Shown here in pieces: positions 1 through 9,355 of a stretch of 64,000 bases of DNA. The notes under the pieces are model-generated. The model saw nothing but the letters and a program-made list of their open reading frames with translations, was not told the origin of the DNA and did no database searches. Every line of letters starts with the position of its first letter. Within the stretch, counting starts at the first letter, position 1. The translations under genes were made by a program, and so were the position numbers. The stretch comes from a virus, in IMG/VR virus record IMGVR_UViG_3300037245_003482, positions 1 to 64,000 of that record, one strand, 5' to 3'.

Positions 1-1087
1 ACCCGAAAATTTAAGGTTCCTTTTAACCGAAACCGTTACAATTACAAAAAGCGTGTGCCGTAGAATAATAGTAGAGGCAGATGAAAACAGTGGCGCAGGT
101 TTTACTTATTCAATAACTTTGGATACTATATTGTACACCTTTACTACAGGTGGGGGGGAAGACCAGGAAACAGCCATTGACGATATTATAAGCCAATTAC
201 CTGTTGCATATACGGGCACAAAGGTTGATAATAAAACATTGCGTGTTGATTCAGTGGATGACATGAGTGCCCTATGGAGTGGCACTTTCACCCTTTTAGA
301 ATTATGGAGCCCCGGGGATTTTATAAGCAACTTAACCGGGCCATTGTCTGTGCCCATTGGCAGCCTTGATACCATTATAACCAGTGTTAGTGGCTGGAAA
401 GAAATAACTAACCCTGTAGCTGGTGTGTCTGGGGCAAATGAAGAAACAGACCAGGCATTATTGCTTAGGCGCAGAAGAGAACTTATAAAAGGCAAAGCAA
501 CAGAAAGTGCAATGAAAACAGAACTTGCTAAAGTGGATAATGTTTCTTCCGTCGAAGTAGTGAGCAACCGCACAAATGCAACTGTGGATGGGCAAAATAA
601 AAAGAGTGTAGAATCTATTTTTGCAGGTGGGGATAATGATGATATTGCCCAAGCCATTTATGGAAATATAGCTGCTGGTATGGAATGGTTTGGCAGGGGT
701 GGTTTTTCTGGTATAGCAACAGACCCATCAGATGGCCAAACATTTGTAGTGCCTTTTAGTAGACCTACTGAAAAATATGTGCATGTAAGGTTTACGCGCA
801 TTGACAACACTGAACAGGCCTTGCCTTCTGATTATGTTGTTCAAATTAAAACTGCAACTGCTGTTTTTGGTGCCAGCAGATATAAACTCGGGGATGATAT
901 AATTAAAACAGAATTAGCCATCCCATTTTATGCTGTACAGGGTAGTATTTTAACTAAAACCGAATATGCATTAACTGTATTGCCAGGCGACACCCCTACC
1001 TGGCTGGAAACAGATACATTATCAGTGGGGTCTTCTGAAATTGGTATTTTTAATGAATCACGTGTAACAGTACAGGATGCACCTTAA
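1..1087 (+). CDS. Baseplate J-like protein (5' end probably outside window)
   Basis: ITNPVAGVSGANEETDQALLLRR motif and C-terminal VPFSRP..YVHV pattern typical of baseplate J; precedes wedge and fibre genes. Confidence 0.85.
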   Translation, partial: PENLRFLLTETVTITKSVCRRIIVEADENSGAGFTYSITLDTILYTFTTGGGEDQETAIDDIISQLPVAYTGTKVDNKTLRVDSVDDMSALWSGTFTLLELWSPGDFISNLTGPLSVPIGSLDTIITSVSGWKEITNPVAGVSGANEETDQALLLRRRRELIKGKATESAMKTELAKVDNVSSVEVVSNRTNATVDGQNKKSVESIFAGGDNDDIAQAIYGNIAAGMEWFGRGGFSGIATDPSDGQTFVVPFSRPTEKYVHVRFTRIDNTEQALPSDYVVQIKTATAVFGASRYKLGDDIIKTELAIPFYAVQGSILTKTEYALTVLPGDTPTWLETDTLSVGSSEIGIFNESRVTVQDAP

Positions 1088-1096
1088 GGGCAATAT

Positions 1097-1630
1097 ATGG
1101 CAAAAGAACTAGAAGAATTTGACAGCAAAGAATTGGCGTTTGATACACTCAGCAGCCAATTCCAAAAGCCTGAATTTACTAAAATTGCAAATGTGCTTGG
1201 TGCTGTATTTGATGAAATAAATGAAACCCATTTTTATATTAAAGACGGTTTTGATGTTGAAACAGCTGTGGAAAATGAGCTTACCATATTGGGTAAAGTA
1301 TGGGACGCAATAAGGGGGGGCAAGGATGACCCAACCCTCAGGGCAGAAATAAAAGTAAATGCTGCACGGGTTTCTTCAGGTACTTTCCCTGAATTAAAAG
1401 CTGCCTTGTTGACCCAGTTTGGGGGTAGTTTAGCTTTATTATATAATTTATATGCTGCAGGGGAAGAAGCAGCATATATAGCAGTAACAGATGCGGTAAT
1501 AACACAAAAAGAACTCGAGGACATAAGTGCTGCAGGTGTTGGGGTTTATTTTGGTAGTTTTTTAATTGGTGAAGATGGTTCTGAAATAATCAGTGAAGCC
1601 GATGGTGATAATATAATTGGAATTGGATAG
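1097..1630 (+). CDS. Baseplate wedge protein (DUF2612/gpI-like)
   Basis: FDVETAVENELTILGK..RGGKDDPTLR motif; lies directly after baseplate J. Confidence 0.7.
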   Translation: MAKELEEFDSKELAFDTLSSQFQKPEFTKIANVLGAVFDEINETHFYIKDGFDVETAVENELTILGKVWDAIRGGKDDPTLRAEIKVNAARVSSGTFPELKAALLTQFGGSLALLYNLYAAGEEAAYIAVTDAVITQKELEDISAAGVGVYFGSFLIGEDGSEIISEADGDNIIGIG

Positions 1631-1639
1631 GAGTAAATT

Positions 1640-3793
1640 ATGACAACGGCAAAAAGAATCCAAGAGTACCCTCTAACTGCATTTACAGAAACAGATGATA
1701 TTCTGTATTTAGCCCGAGGCACAGGGGGAGGGCCAGGAACGGATCACCACATTAAAATAGAGGATTTAGTTTACCCAAAATATTTAAGTCTTACCAGTAC
1801 AACACCAGTAGATTTAGGTACCTATAAGGGGGACCTAACAATAATGGCCAGTGGTACATTTACCATTACTTTTACTAATGAATTATTGGTTGGAAAACAA
1901 CTTGTAGTTATGAATAAAGGTACTGGAGTTATTACTTGTGCTGGCACTGTGGCTGCCTCTTTAAAAGAAGATGAATCGCTCCGTGGGATTTCTGATGGTT
2001 CTGCAATGGCAGTTACACGGCACATCTCTATGGATGCCTCGGGTAATCTTGCTGCTATTAGTGTTATTGGGAACATTACAGGTACTGGGGCACTAAGTAT
2101 AAATGGGGCTGTTAAATCAGGCACAACTGGTGCAAATGGTTCTTTAGAAGTAGGGCGTACTTCAGACGGTGCTTCAATAGGCTTTTTAACTACTGATGGC
2201 ACCCACGTACATGTATCTAATACAGGTGCTGGGGGTTCTTTAAAATTAAAGACAGCAGGTAGTGATAGGTTAATTATAGATGATTCTGGTAATGTTGGTA
2301 TTGGTGTAACACCAAGTACATTATTACATGTAGGTAAAAATCAAAATGGCAGCACCAAAGTTACAACAACAAATACTAATTCAGGAACATCAGCTTATTC
2401 AGGTATTGAAATTGAAGGGGAAAATGCTGTTGGATTTCTAAGAGCGCACTCAGATGCTAACACAGAACTTGGAAGGGGGGGCACAGTTGTACTAGGGGCT
2501 ACTGGTGGCACTGCTAATGGCCTTATACTATATGCTGCAACTGAACGTATGCGCTTCCAAGGGGTTGGTGGTGTTACTCGTATGGAGCTTAATAACAATG
2601 TTCTTGCTTTTGGAGTAGCTCCAAAAGCATGGGACAGTAATTTTGTTGCGATGGACATTGGTTCCCATGGTACGGTGATGTCACAAAATACTGGTGCTGC
2701 TACCGATGGGATCTATATAATAGACAATATATATAATGATGCCGTATGGAAACGAAAGGCAACAAAGGCATGTGGTTATTATGTGACATCAGCTGGTGTA
2801 CATAAATGGTTTAGTGACGTAAGTGGTTCAGCAGGAGTAGGCTTTACACCAACAGAGCGTATGCGATTAAATGTTGATGGGCAATTACTTATTGGTACTA
2901 CTGTAGCCCCCATAACCGCCTTTCGTCAGGTAGTATTTAATGCTGCAACCTCTTCGCTTGCAATTTATCAGACAACTGCGTCTGGAACTGGAACAGGTAA
3001 TGGCTCCTATATAGGGCACCACGATACCTCCGGTATGAAAATATGGGGGTATGAGAACCTGGGGATGACATTTGGAACTAATGACACAGAAAGGTTGACC
3101 ATAAGTGCAGCAGGTGACTTAGCAATAAACACTAACAAATTTACAGTTGCCTATGCTACGGGTAACTTAGCTATAAATACTGATAAGTTTACTGTAGCAG
3201 GGGCCACAGGCAATACAGTGGTAGCCGGGTCACTTCAAGTAGGTGGTTCTATCATAGGCGTGATCAACAGTGCTGCCTATATAGAAGACATAAGAAATTT
3301 AAGTTCAGATGCTGCTGCCCATGGACTAAAAGTAAGAACTAATAATAATAACGCGGCTACAGAATTATTACGTTTAGAAGCAGCAGCAGCTACTAGGTTC
3401 ACAGTATTTTCAGATGGTGGTGTATCTATGCCATTTATTCCTACATCAGGCTCTGGTAATGCAGTATATGTAACCGCTGCTGGGACCCTTTGGGAAAACA
3501 CATCATCCAGACGTTTTAAAACTAATATACGGGAACTTGAATTGGATACTACTAAAGTATTACAATTACAAGCTACAACATATGAGCGGAAAGATAAAGA
3601 AGGTAAAGCAATTAAAGGCTCTACGGAACACGGCCCAATTGCTGAAGATTCTGCCAAGGTAGATCCTTGCTTTGCTACTTATGACAAAGATGGCAAAACC
3701 CCCCGGGGACTACATAAAGATAATATCTTGTGGGCACTACTTGAAGAAGTTAAAAAACTACGTTCTGAAGTTAATGAACTAAAAGGAGCCTAA
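1640..3793 (+). CDS. Tail fibre with C-terminal intramolecular chaperone (peptidase S74)
   Basis: Gly/Thr-rich, repeated ERMR/GNVGIG motifs; SSRRFKTNI autocleavage motif followed by a terminal coiled coil. Confidence 0.9.
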   Translation: MTTAKRIQEYPLTAFTETDDILYLARGTGGGPGTDHHIKIEDLVYPKYLSLTSTTPVDLGTYKGDLTIMASGTFTITFTNELLVGKQLVVMNKGTGVITCAGTVAASLKEDESLRGISDGSAMAVTRHISMDASGNLAAISVIGNITGTGALSINGAVKSGTTGANGSLEVGRTSDGASIGFLTTDGTHVHVSNTGAGGSLKLKTAGSDRLIIDDSGNVGIGVTPSTLLHVGKNQNGSTKVTTTNTNSGTSAYSGIEIEGENAVGFLRAHSDANTELGRGGTVVLGATGGTANGLILYAATERMRFQGVGGVTRMELNNNVLAFGVAPKAWDSNFVAMDIGSHGTVMSQNTGAATDGIYIIDNIYNDAVWKRKATKACGYYVTSAGVHKWFSDVSGSAGVGFTPTERMRLNVDGQLLIGTTVAPITAFRQVVFNAATSSLAIYQTTASGTGTGNGSYIGHHDTSGMKIWGYENLGMTFGTNDTERLTISAAGDLAINTNKFTVAYATGNLAINTDKFTVAGATGNTVVAGSLQVGGSIIGVINSAAYIEDIRNLSSDAAAHGLKVRTNNNNAATELLRLEAAAATRFTVFSDGGVSMPFIPTSGSGNAVYVTAAGTLWENTSSRRFKTNIRELELDTTKVLQLQATTYERKDKEGKAIKGSTEHGPIAEDSAKVDPCFATYDKDGKTPRGLHKDNILWALLEEVKKLRSEVNELKGA

Positions 3794-3795
3794 TT

Positions 3796-4065
3796 ATGAC
3801 CAGTAAAGAAAAGTTAACCTATGCCCTTGGTATAATAATAGCACTAGGTACAGGGTTTCAGGGGTATGTGGTTAAAGATCTCCACACGGAATTAACTTAC
3901 ATACGGGTACAACGTGACAAGCAGACAATCATATATGATAAAAAGTTTTCTAATATAGAGATAAACTATATGACTATGAAAGCCCATGACCGGGATTTGA
4001 AACGGGTTGATGGTAATATTAAAGACCTAAATAACAAAGTGTACTTATTAATAAAGGAGAAATAA
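3796..4065 (+). CDS. Small membrane protein (N-terminal TM plus coiled coil), possible holin or lysis accessory
   Basis: YALGIIIALGTGF hydrophobic helix; RBS GGAG upstream. Confidence 0.4.
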   Translation: MTSKEKLTYALGIIIALGTGFQGYVVKDLHTELTYIRVQRDKQTIIYDKKFSNIEINYMTMKAHDRDLKRVDGNIKDLNNKVYLLIKEK

Positions 4066-4067
4066 AG

Positions 4068-4397
4068 ATGGCTATTATACCAGTAACAGAAGACGGAAAT
4101 TCAGACAAAGAGTTACGAATAACTGTAGCAGCTCCGGGCTTTTCGGATTGGTACATATTACCACAGGGAACTATTTTGACCAATGTAGAGGTTGTCCCGG
4201 GAGCCGGTGCTACATGTACTGTAGAAGCTACTATGGACAGGTTGATTAACCCAGATGGAAGCGTTGACGGAGTTGCATGGCCTCCACAGTCAGTAACTAC
4301 CAGAACACAGTATACTTTGAATGGGAGTGCTTCCTTAATTCGGTTAGTGGTTAGTGTTGGTGCTGCTGTTATGATTGTAAAAGCGGTTAAAAGTTGA
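4068..4397 (+). CDS. Hypothetical virion-associated beta-rich protein
   Basis: Tightly packed in the late operon; AGGAG RBS. Confidence 0.5.
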   Translation: MAIIPVTEDGNSDKELRITVAAPGFSDWYILPQGTILTNVEVVPGAGATCTVEATMDRLINPDGSVDGVAWPPQSVTTRTQYTLNGSASLIRLVVSVGAAVMIVKAVKS

Positions 4398-4729
4398 GCC
4401 TATGGCATGCACCCGTATGGGAGGGCTTTTGGCATCCACTTTGGACCACTACATGGAAACCTATTGAAACCCTGCTTAATACATCCACCTATTTCGATGG
4501 GGCAATATTTTTTAATGTAAATTTTGTTGGGGATGAACCTTTTACGGGTGATGTATATAATGGTGCTTTATTAATAGGAAATAGGAGTGCTTTGACAGGG
4601 GATTTTACACCTGACGCAGGTGTCCCCACAGCTGAATTAATCGAAGACCTACCATCCCCAACTAATGAGATTTTAATTGATGATGGGATAGCCGTGCATG
4701 ATGATGGCGAATTCACATTTGACCCTTAA
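4394..4729 (+). CDS. Hypothetical protein (Trp-rich N-terminus, acidic C-terminus)
   Basis: Overlapping start/stop with the upstream gene. Confidence 0.45.
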   Translation: MSLWHAPVWEGFWHPLWTTTWKPIETLLNTSTYFDGAIFFNVNFVGDEPFTGDVYNGALLIGNRSALTGDFTPDAGVPTAELIEDLPSPTNEILIDDGIAVHDDGEFTFDP

Positions 4730-4748
4730 ATAAAATGGAGCTAATACA

Positions 4749-5921
4749 ATGGCTAAATTAAAAACAATAAAACCAGACAACACTTATTTAATCCCACCAA
4801 GACCGGACAATATAACATATGTACAGGTTGCTGCTGATTTACCAGCTGTACTAACTACTGGTATATATAGACTAAAATCTAGTATTTCAGTAGCAAGTTT
4901 TGTTCTACAGGCCGGGGCACAAGTATGGATAGAGTCGGATGGGAAAAATAAAGTATTAACCCTTACAGGCACAGGTGATTTAATTGGGGATGGTACAAGT
5001 ACCCCAGGCCTTTTGGTAATGGAAGGTTTTGACGTAGCAATAACAGGCACAAATGCTACCTTATTTAATTTAAATGGGGTTCTTTTTAATTCAAGAGAAG
5101 TAAATTTCCTGTTTACTGCAACAGAAAACCAAACAATCGGAACTTTGATAAATTCACCATTATCTGTTTCATTTATTGATTCTATATTTAATGCTTTTGC
5201 TAGTGGTATTTCGGTGGATAATTCAGCAACCAGAACAGTAGCTGACCACTGTAATTTTACATCCGATAAAACGGGCACAGGTAATATTATAACAGTAGGT
5301 GCTAATTGCCCACGTTCTGAATTAACAAATCTTACTATAGATTGTGCCAATGCTGAAGCAATGTTTGATATAAACTCTGCATTTGTGGGGCAGGTTTTAG
5401 TTCAAAATTACACCAAAGTAAATGCTAGTTCAACAACCTATGCAGCAGGGGGCCTTGATAATAAAAGCATATATGTTAAAAACGATGAAAGCAAAAAGAT
5501 TGGTTCTTTTGTTGTAACTGATAACGTGGAAGAGACCGTGATAGGGACTATTAATGTTTGGGTAGACCTTAATTTAGATGCTGCTGTGGCTGGTTCAAAT
5601 ATGGAACGTTTTAGCCTTACAAATGCAACTACAGGGGAGCTTAAGGTTTTGGCATTAGACGGGTTTGTAGGAACTGGTTTCGCTTCTATTTCTGCTGTTA
5701 GCGCAGGGGGTTCCCAGATATTTGAATTCAGAATAGTTAAAGATGGTGCACCCATGGCTGATGGTGTAAAGGCCCCCAGAAGTGTGGGATCATTAGTTGG
5801 AGCCTTGCCTTTAATAGTACCAGCTGCAGGGGATACAGCTGCCCTTTTTAAAATACAGGTAAGAAACATAGATGGCACTAGTAACATAACAGTTACCGAT
5901 ATGGTATTGGTTTTACAATAG
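4749..5921 (+). CDS. Putative virion structural or receptor-binding protein
   Basis: Beta-helix-like composition, GGAG RBS, late-operon position. Confidence 0.5.
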   Translation: MAKLKTIKPDNTYLIPPRPDNITYVQVAADLPAVLTTGIYRLKSSISVASFVLQAGAQVWIESDGKNKVLTLTGTGDLIGDGTSTPGLLVMEGFDVAITGTNATLFNLNGVLFNSREVNFLFTATENQTIGTLINSPLSVSFIDSIFNAFASGISVDNSATRTVADHCNFTSDKTGTGNIITVGANCPRSELTNLTIDCANAEAMFDINSAFVGQVLVQNYTKVNASSTTYAAGGLDNKSIYVKNDESKKIGSFVVTDNVEETVIGTINVWVDLNLDAAVAGSNMERFSLTNATTGELKVLALDGFVGTGFASISAVSAGGSQIFEFRIVKDGAPMADGVKAPRSVGSLVGALPLIVPAAGDTAALFKIQVRNIDGTSNITVTDMVLVLQ

Positions 5922-5930
5922 GGAGTTATT

Positions 5931-6365
5931 ATGAAATACTTTATACAATCAAAAGAAGAACTTACTAAATTTATTCATAGTAGCCTTACAGGTTGGGTTT
6001 GCCCAATATGTAAGCGGGACTTTGCCCCTAATGGAACTGGCCCTGAGCATTCCCCTTTCGCCCGGAAAGCCTTAAAACTTTTGTGGTGGAACAAAGCTAT
6101 ACAGCGTGCCGTTTCAATCCATGATTGGCGTTGCCATTTAGGGGAACATGAATACAACCTTTCCTTTGAAGAGATAACAGCGGAGTTTGAAAAGAATGTA
6201 AAAGAAGATATGGATGCCTTTATTGCCAAATATTGGTATCGTAGATGGATTTTACAATACGTTCTATACAATTGGGTGGATGAAGTTTATGCCTGGGCTG
6301 TCTCCGGTAAACAAGGTAAAAAAGCCTTTGATAAAAATGGCTGTACTACCCCCGGGGGCAATTAA
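5931..6365 (+). CDS. DUF1353-like protein
   Basis: NGTGP...AVSIHDWRC motif resembling the (NGCG)..AxxxHDxxY signature. Confidence 0.5.
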   Translation: MKYFIQSKEELTKFIHSSLTGWVCPICKRDFAPNGTGPEHSPFARKALKLLWWNKAIQRAVSIHDWRCHLGEHEYNLSFEEITAEFEKNVKEDMDAFIAKYWYRRWILQYVLYNWVDEVYAWAVSGKQGKKAFDKNGCTTPGGN

Positions 6366-6368
6366 CAA

Positions 6369-6785
6369 ATGTACTTTATTCCCACTGTAGAATTACTCAG
6401 AGTTGAAACCAATAAAAAGTATGGTACATTGGGTCTTTTAAAAATAGGCAAACGGGTCTTTTGTATGACATTAGAGCCCGGGGATAATTCTAATAAATCC
6501 GATATATCATCTATACCAACTGGGCAGTACCCATGCAAAAAGTATTTTTCTAAGAAGTATGGCTGGACATTTGAAATAACCGATGTTACAGGCCGTACCT
6601 ACATACTTTTCCATTCAGGCAACATACTAAAGCATACCAAAGGTTGCGTGCTGCTAGGGCAACATGTGGGCAAATTATACAGTGGTAAACGTGCAGTGCT
6701 AAATTCTGGTTATACTTTTAGACTTTTCATGCGGATCTTCCGGGAAGTTGATGAGTTCCACCTTACAATTTCAGAAAGATATTAA
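6369..6785 (+). CDS. DUF5675 family protein, candidate endolysin
   Basis: TLE..SSIPTGQY, GRTYILFHSGN, TKGCVLLG motifs (HxGN...GC). Confidence 0.8.
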   Translation: MYFIPTVELLRVETNKKYGTLGLLKIGKRVFCMTLEPGDNSNKSDISSIPTGQYPCKKYFSKKYGWTFEITDVTGRTYILFHSGNILKHTKGCVLLGQHVGKLYSGKRAVLNSGYTFRLFMRIFREVDEFHLTISERY

Positions 6786-6812
6786 AAAAGGCCCTCCTTA
6801 CAGGGGCCTTTT
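6785..6812. terminator. Bidirectional intrinsic terminator
   Basis: AAAAAGGCCCT-ccttac-AGGGGCCTTTT between convergent gene blocks. Confidence 0.8.
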
Positions 6813-6862
6813 AGATGTTCTAAGTTTAATTAAGTCCTACGTGATAATATCAATTCATCATT

Positions 6863-6964
6863 CTACTGTTTAGATTATTGCTCCAGGGGTTTGGGCCGTC
6901 CCTTTGTTACCCTGGGGTAGGATTTGAACCTACAAGTAACCAATCAACATTTTTTACACAGTAG
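6863..6964 (-). ncRNA. tRNA-like structured RNA (T-arm plus looped acceptor-like stem)
   Basis: Perfect T-arm GTAGG-TTCAAAT-CCTAC, CCAGGG/CCCTGG stem, terminal CTACTGT/ACAGTAG pairing. Confidence 0.45.
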
Positions 6965-6975
6965 CATACCTGTAG

Positions 6976-7209
6976 TCAACTCTTTTCGGTTAACAGTATT
7001 GTCTCATTATTGGCTGCTGTTGAAGAACATATAAGTCCAACTTCTTTTGCGTCATATAGGACGGCTTTAGCCATTGTACTGTCTTTCACATCAGTGGAAT
7101 CCTGATATTGGATTTCTGCCCCAAAGACTATACCAGGGGTAGGTGGGGCCATTGCAAGCCCAATCCCTACCAGTACGCCCATAAGTAGCATTAGTATTAG
7201 TTTTACCAT
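6976..7209 (-). CDS. Small signal-peptide or membrane protein
   Basis: Hydrophobic N-terminus, GAGG RBS, promoter motif variant at 7259-7269. Confidence 0.5.
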   Translation of the reverse strand: MVKLILMLLMGVLVGIGLAMAPPTPGIVFGAEIQYQDSTDVKDSTMAKAVLYDAKEVGLICSSTAANNETILLTEKS

Positions 7210-7298
7210 TTTTGCCTCTTGTTTAATTATACGTTTATTGTGGCACGCCTGCCTTGTACCCCTAATATAAAAACTTTCAGGGGTAATTAGTAATTATA

Positions 7299-7571
7299 TT
7301 ATTGTTCAGTATTTTCTTTATTAATTTGGGCCACCATGTCCTTAAGGGGTACAACAATACTGGGCCCTTGTTCTTTGTCAATTGCATTCAAAAGGGGCCT
7401 GCTTTGTATTGCAGGCAAGTTTTCCAGTATAGTTACAATATTTTGCAAAAAGTCTGCAGGTACCACTACGAAAGCAGCTTGGTCAATTGGATCAGGTGCC
7501 TGGGTGCTTTTATTATCAATATTTGGGTCTTCCCCATTTACTTTTTTGTTTTCTTCATTTTCATCTGGCAT
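7299..7571 (-). CDS. Hypothetical protein
   Basis: TAATG coupling with upstream gene, GAGG RBS. Confidence 0.6.
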   Translation of the reverse strand: MPDENEENKKVNGEDPNIDNKSTQAPDPIDQAAFVVVPADFLQNIVTILENLPAIQSRPLLNAIDKEQGPSIVVPLKDMVAQINKENTEQ

Positions 7572-8251
7572 TATACTACCTCTTGTTTTTTGGGTTTATT
7601 TGTGTATTGGAATTCATCTTCAATTGCAGGATTATCAGTAACTTTAACTTCTGTGCGTCCTGTTGCCAGGTTCTTTTTCATGCTAAAAGTCCTGTCTGCA
7701 AAGGGCATTAGTGGCTTCAGGTGGTTTATTATTATCAGCTGGATGCCAAGTTCCTTGCTTAATTTACGCAATATTTTACCTGCAAGTGGCAGGTATTCAT
7801 CGCTCAAATCTTTTAATGGTTGGTCAAGTACAATTGTTTTACGCTGCCCACTAAGTTGCAAAGCAGAAAAACGCAAACCAAGTTCCATCATATTAGCAAC
7901 ACCACCCCCATCATCATCTAAGGGGTATATTTTGGTTCCATCATAATCCTCGAGGTAAATATCAACATGTGTTCTATGGTTTTTTGTACCAAAATCCATT
8001 TTAACAATATACTCACCAGGAAACACGCTGTCAACCATGGCCTGTGTTGTTTTTACCAGGGGCTGTGCCACCTTTTTATTTATTTCAGCAGCCACAGTTT
8101 CCACAAGGGCCTCTGATTTCTCAGCCTGTGTATGTTCAGTAACGGCTAATTCCATTCTAGCTTCTGCCTCTGCCAAATCAGCTAGGCAGCCTTTTTGCTG
8201 CCCCACTAATTCAGAGGTTTTTTTGTCCATTAATTCTAGTCGCCTAAGCAT
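7571..8251 (-). CDS. SbcC/Rad50/gp46-like ATPase, C-terminal half
   Basis: Coiled coil, signature-like DDGGG, Walker B IVLDQP, H-loop IIINH. Confidence 0.85.
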   Translation of the reverse strand: MLRRLELMDKKTSELVGQQKGCLADLAEAEARMELAVTEHTQAEKSEALVETVAAEINKKVAQPLVKTTQAMVDSVFPGEYIVKMDFGTKNHRTHVDIYLEDYDGTKIYPLDDDGGGVANMMELGLRFSALQLSGQRKTIVLDQPLKDLSDEYLPLAGKILRKLSKELGIQLIIINHLKPLMPFADRTFSMKKNLATGRTEVKVTDNPAIEDEFQYTNKPKKQEVV

Positions 8252-8508
8252 GGTGCCACCTTAACCCCTTTTGAAATTGTTTTTACCCATTGACACACCC
8301 CTTTGCCCACACTTATTTCTGGTACGGTATTAGCATGCTGTAGCTGGTTATAGATGGCCACTGGTACCTTTGGGTAATCATAGCATACACCACTGGTGAA
8401 CATTACCCGTAAGGTATTAGTGTCTTCTTTATAGCCAAAAGCAATTACATTGCTGCTTTTTTCCACTGGTTCACTTTCAAAACCTTCAAATTGTTCCATT
8501 AATGGCAT
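8236..8508 (-). CDS. KTSC domain protein
   Basis: SSNVIAFGY..LRVMFTSG..YDYPKVP..S.GK matches the KTSC pattern. Confidence 0.85.
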   Translation of the reverse strand: MPLMEQFEGFESEPVEKSSNVIAFGYKEDTNTLRVMFTSGVCYDYPKVPVAIYNQLQHANTVPEISVGKGVCQWVKTISKGVKVAPCLGD

Positions 8509-9111
8509 TTAATCCTCCCAGCTGGGGTTTATACGTGTGTTGTTGCATGTATCACATTCAATATCACTGCCTTTACATGTAGGGCATATTTTGCCAATTT
8601 CTGCTTTGCCAAAATTAAAACATAATTGGCATGGTTTTTTACTTTTACCATTACAAACAGGGCACACTTCCATTCTGAATATTTTAGGCCGTTGTTCATC
8701 AGGTAACTTACAGGCACAGCGGTCACATGGTTCTTGTTTCGCTGCATCAAAGGTGCACCCTTTTATTTCTGCATTCCCCTGGGCACCTATTGTCTGGTAA
8801 TACCCACACCCAGGTAAATAAGGGGCTTTATAGCTATCTATAAAAACAGTTATATCATCCAGCGCTTCAATGTACCCCTGGTATTTATCCCGTTTTAGCA
8901 GGTTGGCCAACAGTATAAGCAAATTAATTATACTAGTGCGCATGGAATCAAAACTACCCAAAAGGGCTGGCAGGGTGCTATTTTCAGCAAACAACAAAAG
9001 TGCCTCAGTGCCCATGGCTTCCAAATGCTTTTTTTGATCAGGGTACAAAAGCACCATTTGCTTGCGCATTTCGTCAATCTTTTTTTCCATTTCAGGTGTT
9101 AAGTTAATCAA
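8509..9111 (-). CDS. Zinc-finger protein (DnaJ-type CxxCxGxG-like repeats)
   Basis: CPVCNG, CQLCFNFG, CPTCKG, CDTCNN. Confidence 0.6.
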   Translation of the reverse strand: MINLTPEMEKKIDEMRKQMVLLYPDQKKHLEAMGTEALLLFAENSTLPALLGSFDSMRTSIINLLILLANLLKRDKYQGYIEALDDITVFIDSYKAPYLPGCGYYQTIGAQGNAEIKGCTFDAAKQEPCDRCACKLPDEQRPKIFRMEVCPVCNGKSKKPCQLCFNFGKAEIGKICPTCKGSDIECDTCNNTRINPSWED

Positions 9112-9350
9112 GCAACACCCCCCCGTAATAATTCATCACATTCATCTAGTATTTCATTACGCTGTTCAGCCAATTTTGTTTCCTGCGCTGTTTCCTTGGC
9201 CACAAAAGTATCCCCTTCTTCCACCGTTGTAATATTGTATTCTTTGAGCCCTTCCAATACCTGTTCAATTTCGGTGTCTACTTTGATATTGGCTTCTTTC
9301 CCACTTTCGTAAGAGGCCCTTAATTCTGTTATTCGTGCCTGTGCTTCCAT
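9108..9350 (-). CDS. Small acidic coiled-coil protein
   Basis: ORF in the SbcCD cluster with RBS. Confidence 0.55.
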   Translation of the reverse strand: MEAQARITELRASYESGKEANIKVDTEIEQVLEGLKEYNITTVEEGDTFVAKETAQETKLAEQRNEILDECDELLRGGVA

Positions 9351-9355
9351 TTGTA

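Noticed and set aside
1640-3793. Diversity-generating retroelement target
   Set aside because: No reverse transcriptase and no template/variable repeat pair seen
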